From NCBI GenBank assembly GCA_023231475.1, contig JALJEE010001312.1:1-64000 (forward strand): a stretch of DNA of 64,000 bases. The letters run 5' to 3'. Position 1 is the first letter of the stretch. Every line of letters starts with the position of its first letter. Below the pieces are notes generated by a model, which saw only the letters and a list, made by a program, of their open reading frames with translations, did not search any database and had not been told where the DNA came from. This DNA is from Seison nebaliae. Taxonomy: Eukaryota. Positions 54,976-64,000 of this stretch are shown here, one piece after another. The position numbers and the translations under genes are program-made.

Positions 54976-56466
54976 TCAAGAAAGTGTATTATCATTCGAT
55001 TGGTTGTTGACTAGTTGTGTCATAATGCCCGTTATTCCCATATATCGAAAACTTTTGATAACTCTATTCAAATTAGCTATAGGAATCGGTTTATCATCGT
55101 TTACCAACATCCAACCTCGTTCTTCCATATTAATTAAAGAGAACTGATGGACTGGCCAACCATTATTCTGTTTTCTATTCTTCCTTCTGTATGTATCAGC
55201 GGCTAACCGGCAAATGGCACCTATCAATAATAGAATTTTTTTACTTTCTTCCTTCAACTTATCTAATATGGCCCGATCATTTGGATGTGTATCTTTAACA
55301 AGTTGATATAATCTTCGATAATAAATGTTTTTACATTCGTTCACTTGTGGTCGGTCCTCATAATTGTGATAATCCATTATGTCCTCATATTTCAAGACAT
55401 ATGGTTGACTAATGTAAAAATTCATTCCTCTGATTTCATATTGATATTTTCCCGTACTTAATTCAATCTGAAAATTTAAGTCTTTCTCATTTAACCATAA
55501 AGGCAGATTCCAATTAGCTCTTTCCATGCCTACTTCGAAGTTTTGTGGAATTTTAAATTTCATTCCAGGATCACCTTTTGAATAAGTATAAAAATAATTG
55601 AAAGCAATCGCAATTATTTTTAAGAAACTATGGTGAATTCTCAATCCCGATTTACTTTCATAAGATAAAATGAGAATATTTGGAACTCCTAAATACCGTT
55701 TGAGACAACGTCGTAATGCTTTTACTGGAATTGGTGGCATTTGTGCTAACGGATCTCTCGCTATCGTATTATACGACCAAACATTCCGTTCGATGTTAGC
55801 CAACCGATTAGTTAATTGAATACTCAGTATACTTTGAGGCATGAAAAATTGTAACATCCAATATGGCTTATATTGAAAAATCTGAGCTTCATCTTCGTCA
55901 AATATAAATGAATTCATCAATATTACTTGCCATCGATCATAATCAGAATTTGCACGTAAATTTTCTTGTACAATTTTCAAACATTCGAATTCATCCGTAC
56001 GATAATTATCGTAATATTTTCGAAAACGTTCATCTCTTTCTGGATTAACTTCGTCAAGTCTCATTTCATAATAATTAGCCAAATAAAAATCAGAAGAAGG
56101 TCCCATAATTGTACTTCCGGTTAGTTCACAACGACTAGCTTTATCAACCGCATCGAGCAAAAGATCGATACTTCTAACATCACGACATGGTTTCAAACTT
56201 GTACAATGTGGATCTCTAAGGACTGTAGCTTTTAATCTCGTTCTTTGTTCAGCTGTACTGTTAATTCTATCAACCAAATATTCGAGTAACTTAGGACATG
56301 ATATGATGAGAGCTAAACAAGCGTTCGTACAACAAACTCCTCCAACATTCCTGAGTTTGGGACCACATTGATTATATGACGCGCTTAAATGATCCAATTC
56401 GACCCAGTTGGACGTGAATGGTAAAAAGGAGAAATCAACAGGAATTTCAGGTTTCATTCCAGCCAT
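54976..56466 (-). CDS. Divergent USP (C19)-like cysteine protease, copy 1
   Basis: Cys box GPKLRNVGGVCCTNACLAL; YEIRG; His/Asp box VHQFSLI..GWMLVNDD. First ATG at 56466. Confidence 0.72.
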   Translation of the reverse strand: MAGMKPEIPVDFSFLPFTSNWVELDHLSASYNQCGPKLRNVGGVCCTNACLALIISCPKLLEYLVDRINSTAEQRTRLKATVLRDPHCTSLKPCRDVRSIDLLLDAVDKASRCELTGSTIMGPSSDFYLANYYEMRLDEVNPERDERFRKYYDNYRTDEFECLKIVQENLRANSDYDRWQVILMNSFIFDEDEAQIFQYKPYWMLQFFMPQSILSIQLTNRLANIERNVWSYNTIARDPLAQMPPIPVKALRRCLKRYLGVPNILILSYESKSGLRIHHSFLKIIAIAFNYFYTYSKGDPGMKFKIPQNFEVGMERANWNLPLWLNEKDLNFQIELSTGKYQYEIRGMNFYISQPYVLKYEDIMDYHNYEDRPQVNECKNIYYRRLYQLVKDTHPNDRAILDKLKEESKKILLLIGAICRLAADTYRRKNRKQNNGWPVHQFSLINMEERGWMLVNDDKPIPIANLNRVIKSFRYMGITGIMTQLVNNQSNDNTLS

Positions 56467-56633
56467 TTTTTTTATGAAAAAAAGAAAAGAGAAAGGAAAT
56501 TGAATGAAAGAAATTTTCAAAGTTTTTTCCATTTCTTCATTCAACTTTTGTACTGAAAGTTTTTTTTTCTTATAAATTTAATTTTTTTTTATCAAACTAA
56601 ACTCAATTTTAATTATGAAACTATACAACTCAA

Positions 56634-58100
56634 CTAATATTCAATTCTTTCGTAAAATATTGATTGGAGATTCTCATATCTCAAGACACGAGCTGCGAGT
56701 TTGATATCTTCAATTTTTATTGGACTTTCGTCACTGATAATCCACCACTCCTCATTCGGTCGCTTGATCAATGAGAAACCATGAACGGTGGCACTTTCAT
56801 ACCGATTGAGTTGTTGGAGATGAGATTTTTCATGAATAGTCCGACAGAAATCTCTGAGAATTATGTCAAATGTTTCTTCCATCATCATAGCGACCTGGGC
56901 AAATTCCATCGTTAACAGATCGTAACCTTCAGGTAAATTATTCATAAATTCATTCAAACGAGCTTTAATATCGATCACACATTCAGTTGTTATTTCATCA
57001 TCTATATCACTCTTCTCCACATCACCATAAACTATAAATTCTTCTTCTTGTAACAAGAAGGAGAAACCTCGAATTTCATATCCGAATTTCAATAAACTAT
57101 TTAGACCCATTTGACTTGCAGTAGTGTCTCTACCAAATGATTCAGGTAAATTGACAGCTAATGGAAGAATGCCGATGGAGAAATCATCAAAACTAATATC
57201 ATCAATTCCATTTCCCTCCATTAATCGTTGTCGAACTACATCGATTATTTTCACCATTTTCAAATATAAATTAGGAGAAATTTCAGGGAGTGCTGTTTGT
57301 TGAAAATTAATTTGAATATATGTCGGTTCTATTCGATGCTCAAGAAGAGCCGCATCTAATTCTTTTCTCGTATCTTCATATAAGGCCAAACTTGGGATGG
57401 CAGGTAATGGTCGATGTTGCCAAAAATTTAGATCGACATCCATTGTTTGAACAATAAAATTTAAATTTAAAAATTTTAAAGATGAAATATATTTCAGACC
57501 GAACATCCGCTCATTAACCATTTCAACAGAGTCACGTTCTTCTTGTTGGAAGATATCTTTAAAAATTCGATTAGACCTGATGAAAGGTGACGCTGTAATT
57601 TTGGCACTTTGTATCGCTTCACATGCCCGATCGATTAGGGCGAAATGAGCTAATATTTCAGTTGCTTCTTCATCACAACCTTGCCATTTATGTCGTTTAT
57701 AGTCGTCATATTGCCGAACTAAAACATAATCGCCACTCAAACCGAACATAGAATCAAGTTCTTCATGTGTATCAGCAGCAATGATTCCTCGATTAACAAA
57801 AGCACCAATTGGTGGGTGCCAAAATGATGGTCCTTTACAATATGGATCTGATGCTATTTTATTTATATATTCATTGAAATCTACTGTCATATTTGATTCA
57901 TATAATTTATTCAAATATTCCATAAGAGAGGCAGATGATAATAAAAGAGCAAAAACTGCATTTGTCATACAAACACCCATTCGACAATGATTCTTTAACT
58001 TTGGTCCCGTCTCATCAGAAAATTCACTTGCTTCCAATAACGAAGTCACTTTCTGTTGGAAAGGTTCATATGGAAAATCATCGGGTAATTCTATTATCAT
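56634..58100 (-). CDS. Divergent USP (C19)-like cysteine protease, copy 2
   Basis: GPKLKNHCRMGVCMTNAVFAL; YEIRG; VHGFSLI..WWIISDE. Confidence 0.72.
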   Translation of the reverse strand: MIIELPDDFPYEPFQQKVTSLLEASEFSDETGPKLKNHCRMGVCMTNAVFALLLSSASLMEYLNKLYESNMTVDFNEYINKIASDPYCKGPSFWHPPIGAFVNRGIIAADTHEELDSMFGLSGDYVLVRQYDDYKRHKWQGCDEEATEILAHFALIDRACEAIQSAKITASPFIRSNRIFKDIFQQEERDSVEMVNERMFGLKYISSLKFLNLNFIVQTMDVDLNFWQHRPLPAIPSLALYEDTRKELDAALLEHRIEPTYIQINFQQTALPEISPNLYLKMVKIIDVVRQRLMEGNGIDDISFDDFSIGILPLAVNLPESFGRDTTASQMGLNSLLKFGYEIRGFSFLLQEEEFIVYGDVEKSDIDDEITTECVIDIKARLNEFMNNLPEGYDLLTMEFAQVAMMMEETFDIILRDFCRTIHEKSHLQQLNRYESATVHGFSLIKRPNEEWWIISDESPIKIEDIKLAARVLRYENLQSIFYERIEY

Positions 58101-58622
58101 ATTAATGAACTATTGTTACCATTCAATGAGAGGAATGATTATACACAAAATAACGGACAGAATAAAACTAAAACCAAACAGAAATATGGAACTATTTACT
58201 ATTTATTGTTCGAATCATTTCTGCTTAAATTTAGTCTTAAATACTTCTAACAAGTTCGTTGTAAGTTAGAAACAAATTATTCAAATTTGTTTAATCAAAA
58301 AATCAAACAACTTCTTTAAAAGAAATAGAGATCTCATGTAAATGGCACAAAACTTTTGTAACTGTTATCAAAATTCTAACAGTTATACTCTTCTGTAACA
58401 GTCTAAACATTTTCATGAGATGTTCACATATTTCTTACGAGTTATATCTGTCGAAATGTCGAAATGAAAGTCACATCTGAGGAGAAAGCAACGGAAAGAA
58501 TTTTAAAAATTAATTTTACAATTAATCTTATTAGTTTTTTGAATTGAATTTGACGAAGAAGAATACAGTTGAAAATGTGCGCGTCAAAAAAATGATAATT
58601 ACTAATAAGGAAGGGGAACGAC

Positions 58623-58630
58623 TATAAAAG
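58623..58630 (+). promoter_or_regulatory. Putative TATA box
   Basis: Consensus TATAAAAG with G-rich flanks, ~32 nt upstream of an Inr-like CTAGTTT and the structured RNA candidate. Confidence 0.45.
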
Positions 58631-58654
58631 GGGACGAAATATTTACTATTTTCT

Positions 58655-59036
58655 AGTTTTATTCATTCTTTTGCGCTTTACTAAAAAGTTAGATTTTTAT
58701 TTTCATCTCTATTCATTTCTATTCATTTCAACTAATTTTATTAGGTCGACGATTTTAGCGGTCCAGTTCCGCCTCGTGGTTGTGGATTTAAAAATAAATT
58801 TGGTGGCGACAACGACAATTCGTCACCAAATAAATCCACAAACCAAATGAACTGGACCAATTATTAATGGTTCTGGAAGAAAGTTCGTTTTAAATTTTTA
58901 GTTCTCTTCTAACATCATCCAATAGAAATAGAACACCTAACTCCAAACCTGTTAGGTTTGGAATTTTCTCAAGAACCAACAATGGACTGACAAAAGACTC
59001 TAATTACAGATGGCTGATCTCAAGAATTATACATTT
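58655..59036 (+). ncRNA. Candidate spliced, structured non-coding RNA
   Basis: Three-segment hairpin 58760-58858 with a G-U pair on the + strand; two intron-like GTT..AG segments (58688-58744, 58883-58925); further stems; no long ATG ORF. Confidence 0.5.
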
Positions 59037-59297
59037 AACTCATCTAATACCTAATACCTAACAATTCTATTAGACATTTTTATTTTAAAATTTATTTACT
59101 TAAATAAATTATTCATTACAATAACTTCTTCAATTAATATTTTTGTTACATTTAATATTCAATTATTTAATATCGCATGATATCCTTAGTTCATCTAACT
59201 TAATTCTTATCAACAAAAACTTCTTAAAAATCTTTAAAAGTTTATCATCTAATTAAAAATTTCTGAAGGAATAAACAAAATTATTCATATAGTTGTA

Positions 59298-60761
59298 TCA
59301 ATCTTTTATTTCAAAAAATAAACTATTTACCATTTCAAGAGTGAGAGATTGATGAGCATCCTTGACATCATCAATTATTAGAGTATCATCATCATTCATC
59401 AACATCCATTTAGTCGTTCCTTTTATTAGAGAATAAAAATGACAGTTACAATCTGAAGATGCTTCTAAATAATCTCTATCGTGTAACAATTGGAAGTAAG
59501 CGCAGATCTTTTTCAAAATTTCGATAATGTTCAATTTGAATATACTTGAAATGTTCGAGATGATTTCACGGGTATGAAATGTGGAAATATAATTTTCGAT
59601 TTGACGATATAGATATGAAGAACAATCTATATGTTTTTCATTTGAATAATCAATATTGAATTTTTTTATTAGATGTCGAATTGTTGAGATGTTGTGGATA
59701 TTATTCTCTACCAGACAGAAAGTTATTCCACGTAATTCGTAGATAGAATCTCCAGTATTTGTCAACGGAAATCGAAGGAAAATGCTGTTGTTCTCATAAG
59801 GGAAGTGTGATAACTTTAAACTTTTAAATTGTAATAGAATATCTATCTCATCAAACAATTCAGCATCATCATAATGTTTGTTGTCATTTGAGATGATTTC
59901 ATAAATTTTATCACCAAAACATTTGATGAGAGACGGATGGAATTCTTCTTTTGTTTCAAAATTGAAATTAATCGAAATGAATTTCGGAATTGATGTCCTT
60001 TCATTTAGACTTCGATCTAATCGTTTAAAACCGTTCGATGATATTAAATCGAAAATATTTGGAGTTATGTAATCATTCTTCCAAAAATATAAAGGATTCC
60101 TGTCAAATGGATCGAGTTGAATGTTAAGAAAATTTAAAGTTCCATACCACATATATTTCCATTCGTCATAAATATTATCACATTTCCATTCGGCTCTCTG
60201 GATTTGTCTATGGAAGAGATCACTCAATATTTTATGCCAATTAATAAAACTTCGATATTTCATCTTTTGATCATTTATGATATCATAACACATTTCCATT
60301 ATTGAAGAAGAATTGGAAGAAGGAAAATTTCTCTTCAATTTTCTTTCTTTTAAATTTCTCAAATAATTTTTTAAAAGATAATAATTTCCAGCTGTTCCAT
60401 ATTTCGAATGGACGATATCTCTCTGAGTGGCATCGAGAAGACTCTGTCCTAAATACTCTTCCACTTTCATCCAACTACAAATCTCAAAATTTTCACCATT
60501 AGGATCTAATATCACTTTCTCCATTTGTTCGTGAATGGTTTGTCTGTCGACAGTAACAATTCGTCGAACTTCTTCCAATAGTTTAGGTGAGGAAATGATT
60601 AATGTTAACAATGCATTCGTCATGCACACTCCAATTTTTTCGTCATTGTAAAATCCAGAAAATTCACCAGAATTCCCATTGACACAAAGTAAATGCAATC
60701 TTTCTCGTTTCTCTTCCATATTATCATATCCCAATGTTAACGGTAAATTTGTCATGTTCAT
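59298..60761 (-). CDS. Divergent USP (C19)-like cysteine protease, copy 3
   Basis: SGFYNDEKIGVCMTNALLTL; YELRG; CHFYSLI..KWMLMNDD. Confidence 0.72.
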   Translation of the reverse strand: MNMTNLPLTLGYDNMEEKRERLHLLCVNGNSGEFSGFYNDEKIGVCMTNALLTLIISSPKLLEEVRRIVTVDRQTIHEQMEKVILDPNGENFEICSWMKVEEYLGQSLLDATQRDIVHSKYGTAGNYYLLKNYLRNLKERKLKRNFPSSNSSSIMEMCYDIINDQKMKYRSFINWHKILSDLFHRQIQRAEWKCDNIYDEWKYMWYGTLNFLNIQLDPFDRNPLYFWKNDYITPNIFDLISSNGFKRLDRSLNERTSIPKFISINFNFETKEEFHPSLIKCFGDKIYEIISNDNKHYDDAELFDEIDILLQFKSLKLSHFPYENNSIFLRFPLTNTGDSIYELRGITFCLVENNIHNISTIRHLIKKFNIDYSNEKHIDCSSYLYRQIENYISTFHTREIISNISSIFKLNIIEILKKICAYFQLLHDRDYLEASSDCNCHFYSLIKGTTKWMLMNDDDTLIIDDVKDAHQSLTLEMVNSLFFEIKD

Positions 60762-63138
60762 TTCATTAGAATCGTTAATGAAAAATGAACGATGATGTGA
60801 TTAACTTACATTTTATTTATTCAAACAGATCTGTCTGATGAAATTCGAAAAATGAATGTCAAGTCTGAAAAAAAAGAAGAAGAACTTTTAATTTTATTTA
60901 CTAATTGTAGAAAAGTTAAAATTTCTAGAAACAATTTGAAGTAACAACTTAATTAAATAAATTAACTATCGTCTAAGAATAATTAGTAGGTCAGTCTAGT
61001 CAAATATTCTAAAGAAGATAAATCTTTCGATTCAGATCGTCCGATAGAAATGTCAGAAAAATTATTACGATATTTCTATTCAATATAAATTTGATATCAT
61101 CACGTAATTCATGTTTGATAGATAGTTGTTACAAGAATGGTTATTTGTGATAAATGAAAATATAATTTTTTCACTCTTAATTCTATGTTTTTATTATTAC
61201 TGAATTAAATGAAATCAATTTTTCTACAATATAAATGGTAACATCTGTCAGATTCATTCAAGCACTATTCAATTTTTGGAGAAGTGTAACATATATCTTC
61301 TACAGAAAAAACTAACAAAGTTTTGTAAGAGAAGCATATGCATATTTTTAGCGATATAATATTCAATAATTATCGTATATTCACAGTCAATAGTTCACAT
61401 GAATACGAATTATTCCGGAAACGAAAGAAGAAATATACTCACGTCAGAGATGAAGTGTTTCGGTTTTTAAAAGTTTTCTCCTCTCAAGAGTTTACTAGTT
61501 GTTGAAAAATCGTTCGTTCTCTAAAATAAACACGGAAATAAGTAATTGACATTGACCGTATAAAACCTGAAAAAACGTTTCCCATACGTAATAAGTTGTT
61601 ATGAAAAATTATCCTTATTATGGTGCGTTAAAGGAATTCTTTGTCCGAATATCAATGAATCAAAGATACACTATAATTTTTATTTGAGGTGTTTGGACAA
61701 AATAGAAGAATAACAACAGTTTGAATTTGGACACGGAAGAGAAATCGATATCAGAGGAAGGAGGTGAGTTATACCTTTGTATATGTTATATAAGCGAGAC
61801 AGAAATTGATGTGTTAGATTTCACGATATAAATGAAAATCCAAATGAAATAATAAACATTTTTTTAAAAAAATTTTATGGAAACTTGTCCGACAAATTTT
61901 AAAACTTTGTCGAGATGTAAAGAGAAGTATTTTTAAACGAACTTGATAGTGAATGAATAATGTAATCAGAATGAGAAGAGAATATGTTCACTTACTAATT
62001 AGTCAACTATCTGTATACTAATGATGAACTAATGATCAATAATCGTATGATTCATCCACAATCTCAATTCGATTATTGAAACGTCTCTCGATAAAAATTA
62101 ATTAGAATAACACCTTCTCCCCCGCAACAAATTCATTTTATTATTTCATTCTTCTCCATCGTTAAATTAACAGGCTTTATATGTTGACACAATATCACAT
62201 TTTACTATTTGTCTCCGGAAAATAAATTGATTTCATGAAATTTTCTTATTCGAAATGAAATCTATCCGAATTCTTCATTCACAATTACCATGTCATTTAT
62301 TGTGCACGAATTAATGAGAGAAAATGAGATTTATATAATTCTCCTTTTATTTAATTGTTTTTTTTTATAGTTTTAATGAGAAATAATAATCGAGTTCTCA
62401 TAATTAAATGTCGCTAACTAAATATTTGACCTTGGAATAAGTAGAATTTCTATATCGTATCACTCTCATTTATTTGAAAGAGACAGACAATTCTTCTCAA
62501 CAATTCAATTCACCTCGACATTCGAACTATCGTATGTAATAAATTGAGAAATTTAAAAGAGCAAATTCTTCTTCATTCGAGAAGTCGATAAAAGTTTGTT
62601 TGGTGTGTAGAAATGAAATTTTTAAAATTTTTCTGAAAATTAATATACGTGTAAAAGTAGCGTATAAGAACTCTCTTTTGTGAACTGTAATTGGATTTTC
62701 ACTTACAAAAATTTCAAAAAAATAATTATGATTCATTATATTTTTCATCTCTTCCAACTACTTTTTGTTTTGCTAATTTATTCAATCTATTAATTTCTTC
62801 ACCTTCCTAATTGACTTTTTTTCGGCTTTAAATTTATTTGAGAATTAATTTCCATTCAAATTCGAAAATGGATCAGATGTAAATGAAAGAAATTATGACA
62901 AGAAGAAGAATAATCAGTTCAAATAAAAACGATCTTCTTCGATAAGTTTTGGAGAAATATTCTTTTTTTTTTTTAAAGTTCATTCAATCGACGTGTATTT
63001 TTTTCTCAATTGTTTGTGCGTGTGTGTGGAATTGTGTGGAATGATGTGTATTTTTTAATTCCAAATAAATTTTTTTATTTATATATTTCTCTTTCTTTCT
63101 TCACAATTAATTTGAGCAGATTTCCCCATCCAAAACAA

Positions 63139-63376
63139 ATGTCACATACCAGTCGTTCCAATAACGTCTCGTCGAGAGGTAATGGAAGATATGCGTCTTC
63201 CGCTTGTCATTCCTCAACATACGACGAGCGATTGGCATTGGTGAGAGAAAAGAAGATAGAATTGGAGAAACAAAGATTAGAGAGAGCTCGATTGGCAATC
63301 AAAGTTCCATCCGGATCTCCACAAGAACATCAGAGAACGATGAGAACTAAATCGAAAATGACATCGTCAACTTACG
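63139..63376 (+). CDS. Probable first coding exon of an unidentified gene
   Basis: MSHTSRSNN..YDERLALVREKKIELEKQRLERARL (short coiled coil), ending at G|GTAATT; downstream exons not identified. Confidence 0.5.
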
Positions 63377-64000
63377 GTAATTTTTCTCTCTAATTAATTT
63401 CTCTTTCGCTTTCCTTCACTAACAACATCTCCAAATTGCACTGCACTTTCATATTTATTTTCTGCTTTTGTTTCTGGTTGAAATTGCTCCGACGAACGGA
63501 TCGAAAAAATTATTTATCGAAATTGTTGTTGTTGTTGTTGATGGAAAAGGATCGTAAATGAGTATGGAATTGGAAAATATGTTGAAATTAGGGAAGAAAA
63601 TAATTTTATTTTTCATCTTCTTTCAACGAAAGAGGAAGACAATGAAATTTTTTAATTCGACGGAAAATTCGACGGTTAGTCTCTTCTCACTTTTCTTCAC
63701 GATCGCTTTGCGGTGAAAAGACGAAGGATTTCCCAATCCGTTCAGGGAGAGCATTTCTCCCAATTACAGCTCAATTGAGAGAGTGAGTCTTAATCGATTA
63801 TTCGTCGACTCATCAAAACCGTTTTTATGGAAATGTAGGGACTTCAGTTTCCGCTTTGTCATCGACAGAATCTTTGTGAGAAGATCCACTTCACAACAAC
63901 AAATTGACATTAGTAGGGAAATTATGAATATTTCTCCACAAACAATCGACGAACTTCCTTCTTTTATTTTATATATCGTTGTCGATATCATCATTTTCTC

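Noticed and set aside
59044..59062. CTAATACCTAATACCTAAC as a telomerase template or telomeric repeat
   Set aside because: Only ~2.7 copies of a 7-mer, lying 3' of the putative ACA end; easily a chance microrepeat.
1..64000. Alternative genetic code or stop-codon readthrough to explain the fragmented ORFs
   Set aside because: All breaks in conserved genes resolve with short GT-AG introns, and long exons translate cleanly with the standard code.
1..64000. tRNA, rRNA or spliceosomal snRNA genes
   Set aside because: None recognised by eye; a covariance-model search would be needed to exclude divergent copies.

Overview
Very AT-rich, compact animal genomic DNA, probably a spiralian/lophotrochozoan invertebrate (inferred from a Wx3Yamide-type neuropeptide precursor); not prokaryotic. 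In order: the 3' end of a Mutator-like transposon with 30-bp subterminal repeats, a C2H2 zinc-finger gene, a RASD/Rhes-like GTPase, Nup88-like, KCTD7/14-like, a Not homeobox gene, an ankyrin-repeat gene, an uncharacterised low-complexity gene, a 6-exon neuropeptide precursor, a coiled-coil gene, LINE remnants, a 14-exon EAG K+ channel, a small secreted prepropeptide missed by the ORF track, NFS1, DDX18, an orphan ORF, three tandem intronless USP-like cysteine proteases, and the first exon of another gene. Main signals: (1) of 37 short introns reconstructed by hand, 35 start GTT and none start GTAAG/GTGAG, suggesting a rewired 5' splice-site code; (2) a tandem family of highly divergent USP-fold proteases; (3) an apparently spliced, TATA-driven structured non-coding RNA inside that cluster; (4) a furin-cleaved, amidated Glu-rich peptide with Gla-protein/conantokin-like features. 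Gene models were built by eye and have no transcript support.
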